64,000 bases of DNA from Camelus ferus (taxonomy: Eukaryota): positions 26,970,001 through 27,034,000 of the forward strand of contig NC_045709.1 of NCBI RefSeq assembly GCF_009834535.1, read 5' to 3'. The translations under genes and the position numbers were made by a program. Below are positions 24,118-36,397 of this stretch, piece by piece. The notes beneath the pieces were generated by a model, which saw only the letters and a list, made by a program, of their open reading frames with translations, was not told the DNA's origin and ran no database searches. Every line of letters begins with the position of its first letter. The stretch's first letter is position 1.

Positions 24118-24539
24118 CGAGTCTCAGACTCAAAGCAAATTTAAAACATTTAGAATAAACTCCCACACCTGGTCAGGACCCATTAAATCATAGTCACTGT
24201 TGTCTCCATTTCCTTATTTGAATCCGGGCACTGCTTCAGCACGGGCTTTAACAAACCGGGTTAGGAACCATTTCACAGAAGGAATGTTTAAAGGATGTGA
24301 CATATCTAACTAAAGAGAGAAGACTGTGGGGAGACATGCTGGCTGTCTTCAAACATCCACAGGCTGTCAGGTGGACAAGCTGCGAGGCTTGCCCCCGGTA
24401 CTGCGGGTATCAGAGTGGGAAACTGCCGAGCGCCATGCAGGCTCAGTGCAGGGAAAGTGTTTGGAGCAGCTGTCTGCACCGGCGTGTAAACTGACACTTT
24501 GTTTCTGAGAGGACAATTTAGTGATCAGAATCCAAAGTC

Positions 24540-24800
24540 TTAAAACTGTGTATGTCTTTTGAACCTAGCAATTTCATTTGGAGAACTTTTTCGAAAGAAG
24601 CGCATCAAGTGCAGGAATGCGCCCACGGAAGTCGCTCCAGCATTACTTGTGATGGCAAAATGTTAGGGGCAGCCCGACCTTCCCCAAACAGGGGCCTGAG
24701 GAGGCAAGTCAGCGCGCACCTCGAAAAGAGAGCATTGGGCAAGAATGTAAAGCAACGCTGTGTTCCTAGATCTATTTGGAAAAGTGGGGAAAGTATTTAA
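24540..24800 (+). mobile_element. Ancient L1M ORF2 3' fragment
   Basis: gtcttttgaacctagcaatttcatttggag... resembles the L1 ORF2 C-terminal region. Confidence 0.5.
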
Positions 24801-25004
24801 AATAACTGCATGTTTGTCAGGAGCTCACGAGTTGTTAGGTGAGAAGAACAGGCCCCAGAAGAAGATGTGGAGACGGATCTAATCTTTAGGAAAAACAAAG
24901 AAGACAGTAACACGGGTGTAGGAGTTGGCGCGCCCCCGTGGGAGGGCGGCCCCGAGGGACGTGACAGGATTGGAGTGCTTTGTCCTTTCTTCTGCATCGT
25001 CTGA

Positions 25005-25170
25005 TTTTTCTTTTTTTTTTTTTAATTGAAGTGCAATTGATTTACAATGTTGCATTAGCTTCTGGTGCACAGCAAAGCGATTCAGCCACACACATATGTT
25101 CTTTTTCATTATAGGTCATTACAAGATATTGAATGTAGTTCCTTGCGCTCTACAGTAGGAACTTGTTTTA
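25005..25170 (-). mobile_element. L1 3'UTR fragment
   Basis: Poly(T) plus aattgaagtgcaattgatttacaatgtt...tacagtaggaacttg. Confidence 0.85.
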
Positions 25171-25499
25171 GTTTTTTTTTTTAACAAACATGGACTGCTT
25201 GCATAAAAGTAAATATATGCTTCAAAAATAAAGTCTATTTGGCACTTGGGAAATCCAAGGTCCTGAGACATTTTAAAAAGTGAAATGATGGCCCGGTTTC
25301 AGGGGAATTATGATCCTATTTTGTCACGAGAAGGGCAGAAGCAACAGCTGTGGCGGTGGGCTTGCCGGCCAGCTCGCCCCTTGCGCGGACCGCTGGTGCC
25401 ACAGCAGCCTGGCCTCTGAGTATCCTTGCCTTTAAAATGATTACTTGTGGTTAGGATATCTTGGGTCAGTAGTCCCCCTCCTGCACAGTCCGAGAGAGT

Positions 25500-25680
25500 A
25501 GCTACAGAGGCGGCTGTTTAAACTAAATTTAAAATGAAATACAATGAAACGTTTCGTCTTTCAGCTGCACTCGCATTTCCAGTGCTCCGTGGCCCCATGC
25601 AGCTGGTGGCTAGCATGTGGGCAGGGATGGACTGCAGAACATTTCCCTCAGGGCAGGAGGCTGCCTTGCATGAACACCAG
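25500..25680. mobile_element. MER3/MER33-like hAT-Charlie DNA transposon fragment
   Basis: cgcatttccagtgctccgtggccccatgcagctggtggctagc...gcagaacatttcc. Confidence 0.6.
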
Positions 25681-27789
25681 GGGTGAGGACGCGTTGTTGA
25701 GAGAGCAGGGCTTTGTCGGCAGACTGGCAGAGCTCCGAACCAGGCTTCAAGCTCACGGAGGACAGGTTCACTCTACCGCCTGCATAGAAAAGCCACTGTA
25801 TCAGTATTTGTTTGTAAATAAATGGAAAATGTTTGGGAAGATCTGGCACGTGGTAGAGCTTCATGCATGTGGCTGTTGTTTGACGGGTGTAATTGAAGGA
25901 GGAGGGAGCCCCCGCACCCTTCTCCCAGTATAGATTAGGGAACTGATTAGGGAGCTTTCCACAGCATGCTCTGATAACTATCTCGAGGATAAGGTTACTC
26001 ACCAGACACAGATGTTCATGGCGTTGCTCCATGGTTGCTGCCCCGGGCAATTTGTCAAGAACTCATCCATCGATCACTGAGCAGGAGAAGTATTCCAGCA
26101 GGGAGGTCAAACCATCTAACCCCTACCCGTGTTGCATGAATGATCAGTTCTGTCTGCTCAGCAGGCTGGGATGGGTACGCGTGTCTAGGACATGAGTAAT
26201 TGTTGCCAATGGCTTGTCACGTCTCCAGCATCCCGGCTCTGGAGCAGATACGCACGTGGCAGAGGGAAGAGCACGTGATTAGCTGCAGTGAGATGCTGCA
26301 GGTCCCCGGATCTGCCTGGGAGACCTGTGGGTTTCCTGGCAGTGCAGCAGTGGTCAGACTCAGCCACTCCTTCCTTCTGCTTCCCCTCTTTGCACCTGGC
26401 ACACCTCTTGTTTTAGGTTTGAATCTCTCATTGGAATTCTGCTGGGGCTACCAGTTCTGCACAGATAAATCCCGCTTCGTCTGTGTATCTGACATCCCTC
26501 CCCACATCCATTTTAATTATCCCATTTCTGCCATAGTTTTTTTGGCACCAGGGGTCTTTGTAACAGGGCCCAGAGAATATTCTATTTCTTCTGATTAAAT
26601 CTGGGCCTTATTGGGTTCTTTTAATTTCCTCCTGTTTATCACTTTTCTTGTCAGTGACATTGCTGTTCCTTGAATTGCTCTCCAATGTGTGTGTGTGTGT
26701 TTGTGTGCGTTTAATTACTTGCAAAGGAACATACCAGAGGGTGAAGGAGATCACTGAGAAAAGCATCGTTGACTTTCCAGAACCTTATTTCGCTCTAAGG
26801 TCTTACTTCCTGCCATGTTGAAACACAACGTTTCCGTTTGGGTTGCCTTGGGAAGATAGCTACTGCGCGGGAGGGAGAGGCAGTCAGAACTGCCGGGTAA
26901 AGAAGGTCGTTGAATCCATCCTTCACACCTTCTCTCCACCAGCACCGCTCACCGGGGTCTCCACCCGGCTCCGGAGACGTGTGGTCCTGGCCTCGTCTCC
27001 CTGGGCAAGTTGAGTGGAACCCTTTGTCTCTGTGCCACAGCACTTCCCCTGTCCTCAGTCACATGCCACATTCTAAGCACCCTGGTATAGCCTGCCTTCA
27101 AGGGGACAGGTGTCTTCCCGCAGCTAAACTGTTCACTGCTTTGAGGGTACATAGCGGGTTGCTCTTCCCCGGCCGTTTGGATAGGGTGCTTGCTTGGAGG
27201 TTATCCACAGAGTGTCCACCGTCATGCTTAGTGGGGCACCATCCACTCTGCCCACCTGTCAAAGGTAGAGCTGTTCCAAGCTATGAAAAATGAGAGTGAG
27301 CACCAGGCAGAAACAAGCCGGCCACACATCTGAGACCATCCTCGACTGGGAGCCCCCTCATGGCCACAGAACATCCGTTATCTCAGGAGCCACGTGTCTG
27401 AAGTCTGGGCAAGGCCTCCAGAGGCAGCTGGGGCTCCCGGCTGAAGCATCTGACGAGGTCCTAGAGAGCTTGGCTCTCACCTAGTACCCATGCTTTATTC
27501 CACGCTCCTTTCTGTCCCTTTACCTTCCTTGGCCCACTCTCCTAACTGATGCCAGCGGCCTCCCAGCACACTTACAGGGGAACCCAAGCTCCTTCCCACC
27601 TTTGACGGAGCCGAGCCCTTGCTCACCGCGTTCATGGCCCTCGCCTCCTCCCAGCTCCACCTCGCTCCTCCTGCCTCAGGCTCTGGCACCTGCTGTTCTC
27701 CCTTGTGACTCCTTCCCCTTCATCTTCCCATGCAGGGTCTTAATCCCCTCCATTCTCAGCCAGACTCTCACTCCTTCGAAGCACCATTC

Positions 27790-28010
27790 CTGTCCATCCT
27801 TTATGACAGTCGCCTGTTGTTTCCCCTGTAGCCCTTATCACAGTTTCATTTTTCAAAAATTTACTTACTTACCAGCTTCTTGACTGCCTTGCTCACTCAA
27901 CTGTAGGTTTCGTGAGGATAAGGACCTCATTTGACTTTCTCGCTGCCACAGTCTCAGCGTCAAGCACTGTCGGCATGGAACGTGCACCCCTGAAATTGTA
28001 AACATCGGGA
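27790..28010 (+). mobile_element. L2 3' fragment
   Basis: actgtaggtttcgtgaggataaggacctc...cagcgtcaagcactgtcggcatgg. Confidence 0.55.
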
Positions 28011-28914
28011 ACAGCGTGAGGGCTGGGTCACCACGGGCTTCTAGTCACACCCAGGGACTGATCTGTGTCATGGGGCCAAAGGTTTGTATCTGTTCTCCCC
28101 TCCCTCACTCTGCTTCCTGCCCACAATTTCTAGAGTATTAATGAGAAAGATGGAAGAGAAAGATTCCATGTAAATGTGGGTCATAGATTCTAATGGACAA
28201 AACCAGATTTTATTATTTTCAACCTCAAACATTTGTCTGATCCAGAAATGTGCCCCTGCAGTTATTTTGGTTGTCACATGATTAATCACCTACACATAAT
28301 ATTTATTGATATTCATTTATAATGTTAATGTTTATTCATTAGTCATGAGGGCCCTTTGAAAGCTGCTTATGGATCTGAACTGCCAGATGTCTGGCTTGCT
28401 CACGGCCATCAGGCTGTCAGGGGCTGGACAACGACTGGTTGCCCAGACTTTGTTTAGAGAGCGAGTCCTGCAGATGCCTTGGTATTTCAAAGACCTGTCT
28501 TACTTTGCAGCATTAGATTTCTTTTTCACTTTGAATAAAAATAAAAAAGAAAGAATATGTCTAACTGACCTCTAAAAATAGCTCCATGTCTGTCGTGCTT
28601 GGAATCCGTGGTTTGGGAAAGCTCTTGGGAGATGCTATTCCAGGCTGTGGCAGTGGACCCGCCCTCCTGGTCAACCTGCAGGCTACCCACTCTGCTTTCA
28701 CTGTACATCGCCACTGCCCAAACGGTCGAGTTCCCTAGAGTCCTAGATGAGTGGCAGAGTGAGGAAGGAGAACAGATCGGCGTTCTAGTCAACACAACAA
28801 AACAACACAACCTGGAGCTGCTGGGTCAATGACATTTTACTGAAATGACCTCCTGTGAGTTGGAATGGCCACCAGTGAGACCTGGACGTGAAAATGACAA
28901 AGAAATGAGGATCC

Positions 28915-29545
28915 GTTAGACTCCAGGCTGGGTTCTCCACCTCCCAGTTCCTGGCTTTGTGAGAACTTACCCTCGTGACTTCCTTTTAAAATTGAAGTAT
29001 AGTTGATTTACAATGTTGTGTTAGTTTCTGGTGTACAGCATGGTGACTCAGTTTTATATAGATTCCTTTTTATGTTATTCTTCATTATAGGTTATTGTAA
29101 GATACCGAGTATAGTTCCCTGTGCTGCACAGAAGGACCTTGTTGTTTATGTACTTTATATACAGTAGTGTGTATATGTTAATCACAAACTGTTAACTTAT
29201 CCCTCCACACCCCTTCCCCCTTTGGCAACCAGAGCTGTTTTTCTATGTCTGTGAATCTATTTCTGGTTTGTAAATAAGTTCATTTGTGTCATTTTTTTTC
29301 GGACCCCACATATAAGTGATATTATATGATATTTGTCTTCCTCTGTCCAACTTACTTCACTTAGTATGATCATCTCTAGGTCCATCCCTGTTGCTGCAAA
29401 GGGCATGATTTCATCCTTTTTTATGGTGTGGTGCCTTCTTTAAGGCTGCTGCTCCTCATCTGAAAAGTGGGGATTAAAATACTGCCCCTCTCAAAGGGCC
29501 ACACGTAGGATTGAATGTCACTGTTCAGGTAGTGCCTTAGAGCTC
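28915..29545 (+). mobile_element. MIR interrupted by an antisense L1 3' fragment (28981-29430)
   Basis: MIR 5' half at 28915-28975 and 3' half at 29440-29545 (ctcatctgaaaagtggggattaaaata) flank a typical reverse L1 3' end. Confidence 0.75.
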
Positions 29546-29751
29546 AGTCATTATTGTTATTACTAGTGTTCTAAATTCTCCCCAGGACTGAATCACACAA
29601 CACCGCTCCCTGGGAGGCTGGTGAGACCTGCAGCTACACTCCAGAGCCTCCGCTGAAATAGGACCCCTATGGCTGAAGCTGTTTGCTTAGGAGTCACCAC
29701 TCCAATTCTTGCTTTAAAGGCACCAGTTCCTGGATACTCCTTTCTGCAGGG

Positions 29752-29970
29752 CAATGGTTCTCAGCGGGGGGATTTCAGCCCTCCCTCCTGAGGGAACACT
29801 TGGCCAAGTCCAGAGACATTTTGGTTGTCACACTGGCACGGAGGGGAGCTCCTGGTGTCCAATAGGGGGCGTGCAGGGAGGCTGCTGCTCGTCCCACAGC
29901 GCGCAGGGCGGCCCCGTGACGGTAGTTTGTCTGACCCGTCATGTCAGCGAGTCCCAGCTGAGAAAGCCTG
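29752..29970 (+). mobile_element. MER20 (hAT-Charlie) DNA transposon, near full length
   Basis: caatggttctcagcggggg...ccagagacattttggttgtcac...gctgagaaagcctg; both termini recognisable. Confidence 0.85.
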
Positions 29971-32900
29971 TTGTGGGAACATGACACCTCCAAGGACCCA
30001 TTTCTCCTTCTTCTTTCCCCCTTGATGTGACTAAAAGCAGAAATGGGTTATCTTGGAAAATTATCATTTTGTTATCTGAAAACAAACAGACAAACAAAAC
30101 TGCGTTCTGAATATCTAAATTACACAAGCAGATCCGGGCCTCCAAACTGTTTATTTAGGAGTTTGAAAATATATTGATTTTAAAATCATGCCCCAGAGAA
30201 CGCCATTCCTTTTAATTACTTCACTGAGAATCACAAACAAGAATGCTAAGCCCAGAACACTGCGTAGATTAATGATGTAGTTGGAAGTTCAGTTCCTTCA
30301 GAGATCAGCAATTCATTTTCTGAGTATTTAAAATGATTTCAAATCAAAGGGTTCTAAAAAAAGGGGGTGTCACTCAATAAAGAAACAACAAGGGAAAACA
30401 TGTATTTCAGCACTGTCATTTTCTAACTTTTGTTCCTCATGCATATATTTTCAAGATCTACAGCTTTCCCTTAGCTTTTCAGAGGTCGCAGTCCCAGGGA
30501 GTACATACAAGGCTTCACCCAGGTGACCTCTGAGGTCCCTTCCGCACTGAGATCTGGGGATTGCATAATATTCACCGCCCCAGATCCTGCACAGGCTTGT
30601 ACAGGCCTCAGAAGCCTCGCTTTATTCTTGATCTGCCTCCTGAAACAAAGTGTTTTCCCCTCTTGCCTGGCTGTGTCTTTCCCCTTGATCTCGGCGAGAC
30701 TCCGCTGTCTTTAACTCGTCCCAGGAATCAGATGTTTTAATGCACTTTCCTCTCTGATCAAACACAGGGTGACACGGACAGGGACGCTGCAGAATGACTT
30801 CAGAATTTTACATTCTGCGATTTGAAATGTCAGACGTGGCGGCAGGGCCGGCAGGAGCCTTGGAGCTGTGTCTTGATGGCTCCCACAAAGGTCAGGGAAG
30901 CTGATGGCAGGCCTTGCAGGAGCACAGGTCTGGGCGCCCGGGCACGGTAGAGGCGCGGACCGCCTGAAATTGGAGACGGCCCGGAGAACAAGCGTAGGCC
31001 TGCTGCGAAGTGCGCCCTCCTGTCTGAAACTTTCGTCTCGAGCAGCGCGACGGCCCCGCGAGCGAGCTGGGCGTGGGGCTGTGCCCCGCTGTGCTGGTTC
31101 TTCCTGCTGCCCCCCTGCCTGCGGGGAGGACGTGGGTCCTCAACGCGGCGGTGAACGGCGCGAAACCACGAGTGCACGGACCCCTTGGTTGATGAGCGTG
31201 ACCTGTTTGGGGCTTAAATGTGCAATTGCCGTGAACTGCAGCATTTCCTTTGTGTTTCTGGAATAATTCATTAGTCATTTTAGCTTGGCCTTGTTTCCTT
31301 TTAAAAGAGTAGTTTCAGTCCCCTTTGCAAGTCATACAAAACAGCGACCCGTCCCGTTCAGCTTCTGGGAGTTTTGCTTTTCCCATCACAGCTCTCTGTA
31401 CAGTAGGATTGTGCTGTGTTCCACGGGGGGGGTCCCTGCTGGTCTTGGAGGATGCCCTCCCTCCCCGCCCGATAACCCGGCTGAACTCTGCCGCCCCGCC
31501 TCCCCCGCTCCCGCCCCGTCACGCACCTCTAATGTGCACCTTCCTCCTCGGGTCACCCCCACCGAGTCTGGATGCAGGATGAAGGAGAGCTTCTGCATGC
31601 CTGCACTCCCAGCCCCCCATCATGACAGCCCCCAGTCTTCCTCACACCAGGAGTCTTAAGGATAGCTTTGCGGCCCACGTTGTCCTCAGTGTAGACAAAG
31701 AACACACCAGACTAATTGGATCCATGTGGCAAACCTGTTGGCCCTGATAACCTGGAACCTCAACTGCTTTCTGATGGAAGAGGCCTGAGAGCTACATTGT
31801 AAAATCCATTTACAGCCACACGCCTCTTCATAGGTTTGCCTAAATCCATGTATTGTGTCTCTGTCCTTAGTATTTTGAGCTGCAGTCGGTGACACCATTT
31901 ACAGTGTCCTTCCAGGGGAAGTATTCGTTCTATTGAGGGGTGTTTGGTTTTAAACGACTCCAGCGAGAAGATTAAGTCAAATAAATGAATCCCCCTGGGG
32001 GAGTGCTCGGCTGTCTCCTGGGGAGGAAGCACCGTCAGTGATCCCGAGAGGTCGATCAGCGGAAAAAACCCCGACTGCAGAGAACAGTTCACCCCCAGCC
32101 CCCACGTGTGGCGTTTCACGTCTCGGACGGACTGCACTGGAAAGGATGGAGCTGGAAATCCACACACGGACACGCAAGGAGGATGGTGCCCTTCAAAATG
32201 AGGCTTTGGAGAGTGGCTGTGTCCACGAATCCCTAGGCTTATTGACAAAACAGCAGAGGTGGTCTGGCCGAAGCGCTGCCGTCTGAGTTCCCGAACTCTG
32301 CTTCCCATCAGCTTCAAAGGAGACCACGTCTTCCTTCACTCCCAGACAGTCGTCTGCTTGTGTCAGTTTGCTCTGTTTCAACCCAGGATGAAAACCCGGC
32401 TGTTGGGGCGCAGCCCGGCCAGGCCTGTGCTGGCCGGCGGGAGAAGGAAGCGTGTGTCCGTTTCCTGGCTCTTGCACACGGCCCCTTTCTCCTGCTCTCG
32501 AACGATGTGGGCAACTTGGAGCGAAGGAGGCTTTTATTTTCTCTTCTGGATTTTCCAGAGAAGGGCCCAGCGCTCTGCTTCCCTGGCCTTACGGGGTGTG
32601 ATGCGGACGCAGATGCCAGGAAAGGACCACTTCATCTTTGAGAACCTCAGGCTGAAGGTAGCGTTTAGGAGATTTTGCTGGAAGACGTACGTGTCTTCAA
32701 AGCAGGGAGGAGAAAGCCAGTTTCGTTTCTGTCGGCAGGTTAAGCTCTGTCCTCTTGAGTCCTGTAGCGGGGGTTACCCACGGCGCTGGGGGGGGGGGTT
32801 CTGTCGTCTGCAGGGCTCCCACGTCCCTGACACACAAGCCTCCACCCGCACTTAGCTGAGGTGCGGGGAGGCGAGTGGAGCGTTCCACCTTTCCTTGCCT

Positions 32901-33629
32901 GTATTTGAAGCTAGACGGAACTTAAAGGGTTTGAAACAGTCAGTTCTCGTGAAGCCGGTGAGGAGAGCAAAGGGAAGTGGCAGAAGGTGGGGGAACACCC
33001 TCTAATTTCTCACTGCTCCGAGGAGGGTGGGCTGCGACAATTCCCCACGGCCAGTTTTACACTCCTCCAAGCTGCCCGGCTTTCTTGCAGGATTACTTAA
33101 CTCTCTGGTTATCAAAACGCGTGCACGACCGTTCTTTACTTTCTGAGCGTGGGAGCCGTGAATGAGCTTTCCTAGGGGGAGGGCAGTACCCACAGTCCTG
33201 TCCTGCAGAGGTGGCAGGGGGCGTGTGTGGAATAAAGTCCGTGTGCTGGGCTCCTCCCCGACCCCCGCCGTGGGCCACAGGCGACAGGGAGCTCTGGGAG
33301 CATCGGAGGCCCCTGCGTTTTAAGCACTCAGGGCAGGTGGTAAACGAGCCAGTGCCGTGTATTGATAGATGGCCCTTCTCTGTGGGGTCTGGTAACCCTT
33401 TTAGATATTTTAAAAAACTTTATTACTTGTACTTGGATGTAGGGAAAGGTGACACTAAGAAAAGAAAAAAGCATATATATGTCCTGAGTCCCATCGTATT
33501 AAGCTGAAAATGGTGCTACCATGTATTGCTTTCAACATTGTTAATTACGGTGCCAACCTCTCAAACGGCCGGCTGAGGTGGAGAAGTGGATAGGGGACAG
33601 GGGTAAAGAATGACAGTGACTCCCGTATC

Positions 33630-33778
33630 CCCGGGCCAAGGCACAGAGCAGGGCCAGGGCAGCCCCACCCACTCAAACGCTTTTCCGGATTCTGCTTGCA
33701 GTGGTTGCTGACACCCTATCGGCCAAGGGAAGCCACATGGTCGCCTGAGAGTGAGAGTGGGAGGGGTCTGCTCAGGTG
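33630..33778 (-). mobile_element. Partial MLT1 (F/G/H-like) LTR, left arm of inverted pair
   Basis: ggccaagggaagccacatggtcgcctgagagt is the reverse MLT1 hallmark. Confidence 0.75.
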
Positions 33779-34069
33779 CAGACAGAGATGAGGGCACAGA
33801 TGTTGCCAGGAGACAGGAAGAGAACTGGGCAGTTGCAGGGGAGGTCGGTGAAGTCCAAGGGGAGGTGCTGTGTGAGTGGGGCGAGTCTGGGGTCCTGACG
33901 TTAATGATTTCAGAGTGAGAGCCATTTCCAGGGATGTCGTCTGTGACGTGACGGTGTGTCTGATTCGGTGACCTCCCCCAGGAAGCCTTCCTGGCTAGAT
34001 CGGAGAGCTCTCCATCTCTCATTCCACTTTGTTCTTCTTTTACGTGCACCTTCACGCACTGTGTGTCAG

Positions 34070-34565
34070 AGTGCACAAATGCCCCCAATTCTCCACCCGT
34101 CCCTATTTCCAAGCTTTTTGCCCATTCACCTTGCAGACCCCTCCCACTCACCCTCAGGTGACCATGTGACTTCCTTTGGCCAATAGGGTGTTAGCAGCTA
34201 CTGTAAACGGCATCCAGAAAAGTGTCTGAGCGACTGGGGCTGCCCTGGCCCTGCTGTTGCGCCCTGGCCCGGGAACATGTCTGAGCTGGATTTCCCAAGG
34301 AGTCAGGATGTGTGAAGTGGAGATAAGTTACCGTCATCATCCTGGTTGAGGCCTCCTAGGTCAGCCCACTTCCAGCTGACCCCCAGGCATGTGGTGAGTC
34401 CAGCAAAGTCAGCACAACCCTCTAGACTGACCCCACGTGAGACCTGGGAGTACCCAGCACAGACCGGCCCAGACAAACCTGGGTGCACTGAACCCCATGG
34501 CATCGTGAACTAAATGCACGTTCAATTTCATAGTGCATGGTTTTTGTGGTTGTTTGTTCTTTGAC
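34070..34565 (+). mobile_element. MLT1 (F/G/H-like) LTR containing the right arm of the inverted pair
   Basis: gaccatgtgacttcctttggccaataggg...catcgtgaactaaat...gtggttgtttgtt. Confidence 0.75.
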
Positions 34566-36397
34566 ATAGTCTGTGGACAGTGGGCAGCTGGTACAGTGTG
34601 TTAACTCATTAAGGGCAGGGTTACGTGCACGACCCATGCAACAAACATTGAAAAATAAACGTGTGAGTTCAGGTAACATCTCAGAGCACGGGGAGCTCCC
34701 CACCTTGCTCTGCAGCCCCTGCAGCCTGATCAGAGCCATGGCACACAGTCTGAAGTCCTTATTTATAAATTAGTTAATTCAGTTAGTCCTTGTTGACCAC
34801 CAATGCAGCACACGTAGAATTTAATAAAGCAAATCTGGATACTGAGTCGGGTGGAATCGAAGGTGGAAATTATGTGGTTAAGGGGGAGTCAGTTCTCCCG
34901 TTTGTTACAGGAATTCCAAGAGTTTGAAGATAAATCTCAATTTGATTAAAGGCTTATTTTTCCATGAAACCAAGAGAAGAATGTATAGGAAGAGGATAGA
35001 ATTTTTAAAACACAACAGCCTGCTTCGCGTTACAAACGCACATGTATTTCTGTTCAGCATTACAGAAGTATTTTTGTGTTTGCCAAATTTGCTACATGCC
35101 TCTCTATTTGAAAGGCCAGAGAAAGGTGGTTTTAATAAAGGTTTTCTAATGTAATAGAACAGGCAGTAATAACATCCTGTTTGAAATCTCTGGGAAAGAA
35201 AAAAGTTTCTTTTTGAAATGTTTTTTCAAGAATTGTGTTCAACTAACTGGGAGCAGAAAGCGCAGCGCCGGGGCCCGGACACGGCTCTCCGGCGACGGCA
35301 GAGCCATCGCTTCCATCTTGCTGATGGACGATGTTATTAGGGCTCAGAATTACTCTGCAGTCAGATGAAAGATCCAGAAAGCTCAGAGCAAAGGGAGGCC
35401 TTTGAATGCGGTCACAAAGGGAAGTAGGTTTTCCATCTCTGTCATCAACGAAGGTGGCAGAAGCGTAAGTGCACCACCCGGGTCCGTCCGCGAGCGGGTC
35501 GTGGAACAGAGGCGGTGCCGCAGAGGAAGGCGACGCGCGTTCCTGCAGGCGGACCAGCGGCCCTTTACATGGCGCAGTTACATGACACAAAGAGGCGTCA
35601 CGCGGCCCAGTTTGATCCAGCAGACGCTCCCTGGCGCGCGGTCAACCATGACTTCAGTAACGCATCATGACCTCTGGGTGTCTTGGGCCGTGCGTCACCC
35701 CGGGAGCCCACCAGTGCCTGTGTTTCGATGCCAGTCCAGGGCAATGAAGTGGCTGCATTCACTTGTTATGGGCTTTATGAATTCGGCCGGTTTTCCTTCA
35801 CGCTGTCCTCGATGTGCCGTAAGATGATCTGCTTCGTAGACCTACTTTCCTAGGAAAACACTGCATTTCAGTCAACTGGTTGTTCCTAGAAAGGAATTCG
35901 GGTTTAAACAGGGCTCCTTCCTGCCAGGCGCGTGAGGCCGTAACAAGAAGGCTGTGTGTGAGAGCGCTGGGAGGGGGAGCCCGCAGAGAGACCCCTGGCC
36001 TTCACTGCCTCCACTGGGAGTGGCCTTCCTCCGCCGGCGAGGCCAATGGCCTCAGATGCTCACCTGCACCTGTTTGGTCGCCGGTGGGACTGTGACAAAG
36101 TGGGGCGGGTCCCGGGGGCACAGCTCCCAAACCCGGCCTGTGCTGCCACCGCTTCACGTTACCGGAGAAGCTGTCTTCCTCCAGAGCTCGGACACAGCCT
36201 CCCTGGTGTGTCTGCTGCATCCGCACCTCGCGGCCCGCACAGCAGCCGACGAGGCGGCAACAAAACCTGTCCGCCGCGGAGCGTGCACTCAGTTCACTCA
36301 ACGTGTGTTCTCAGTCATTTTTATCATCCTCCTTTTAAAGTTAAGGTAACCCAGGTTACACAGCAGGATGCCCACACCCCAGGTCGTCCCAGGCCCA

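Larger units (their letters stand above)
23320..24530 (+). mobile_element. L3/CR1 LINE remnant split by MIR and MLT1
   Basis: gcagcattaataaagatattaacactagaccaagggaggtg (~23500) and gagagaagactgtggggagacatgctggctgtcttcaaacat (~24315) match the CR1/L3 RT region. Confidence 0.55.
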
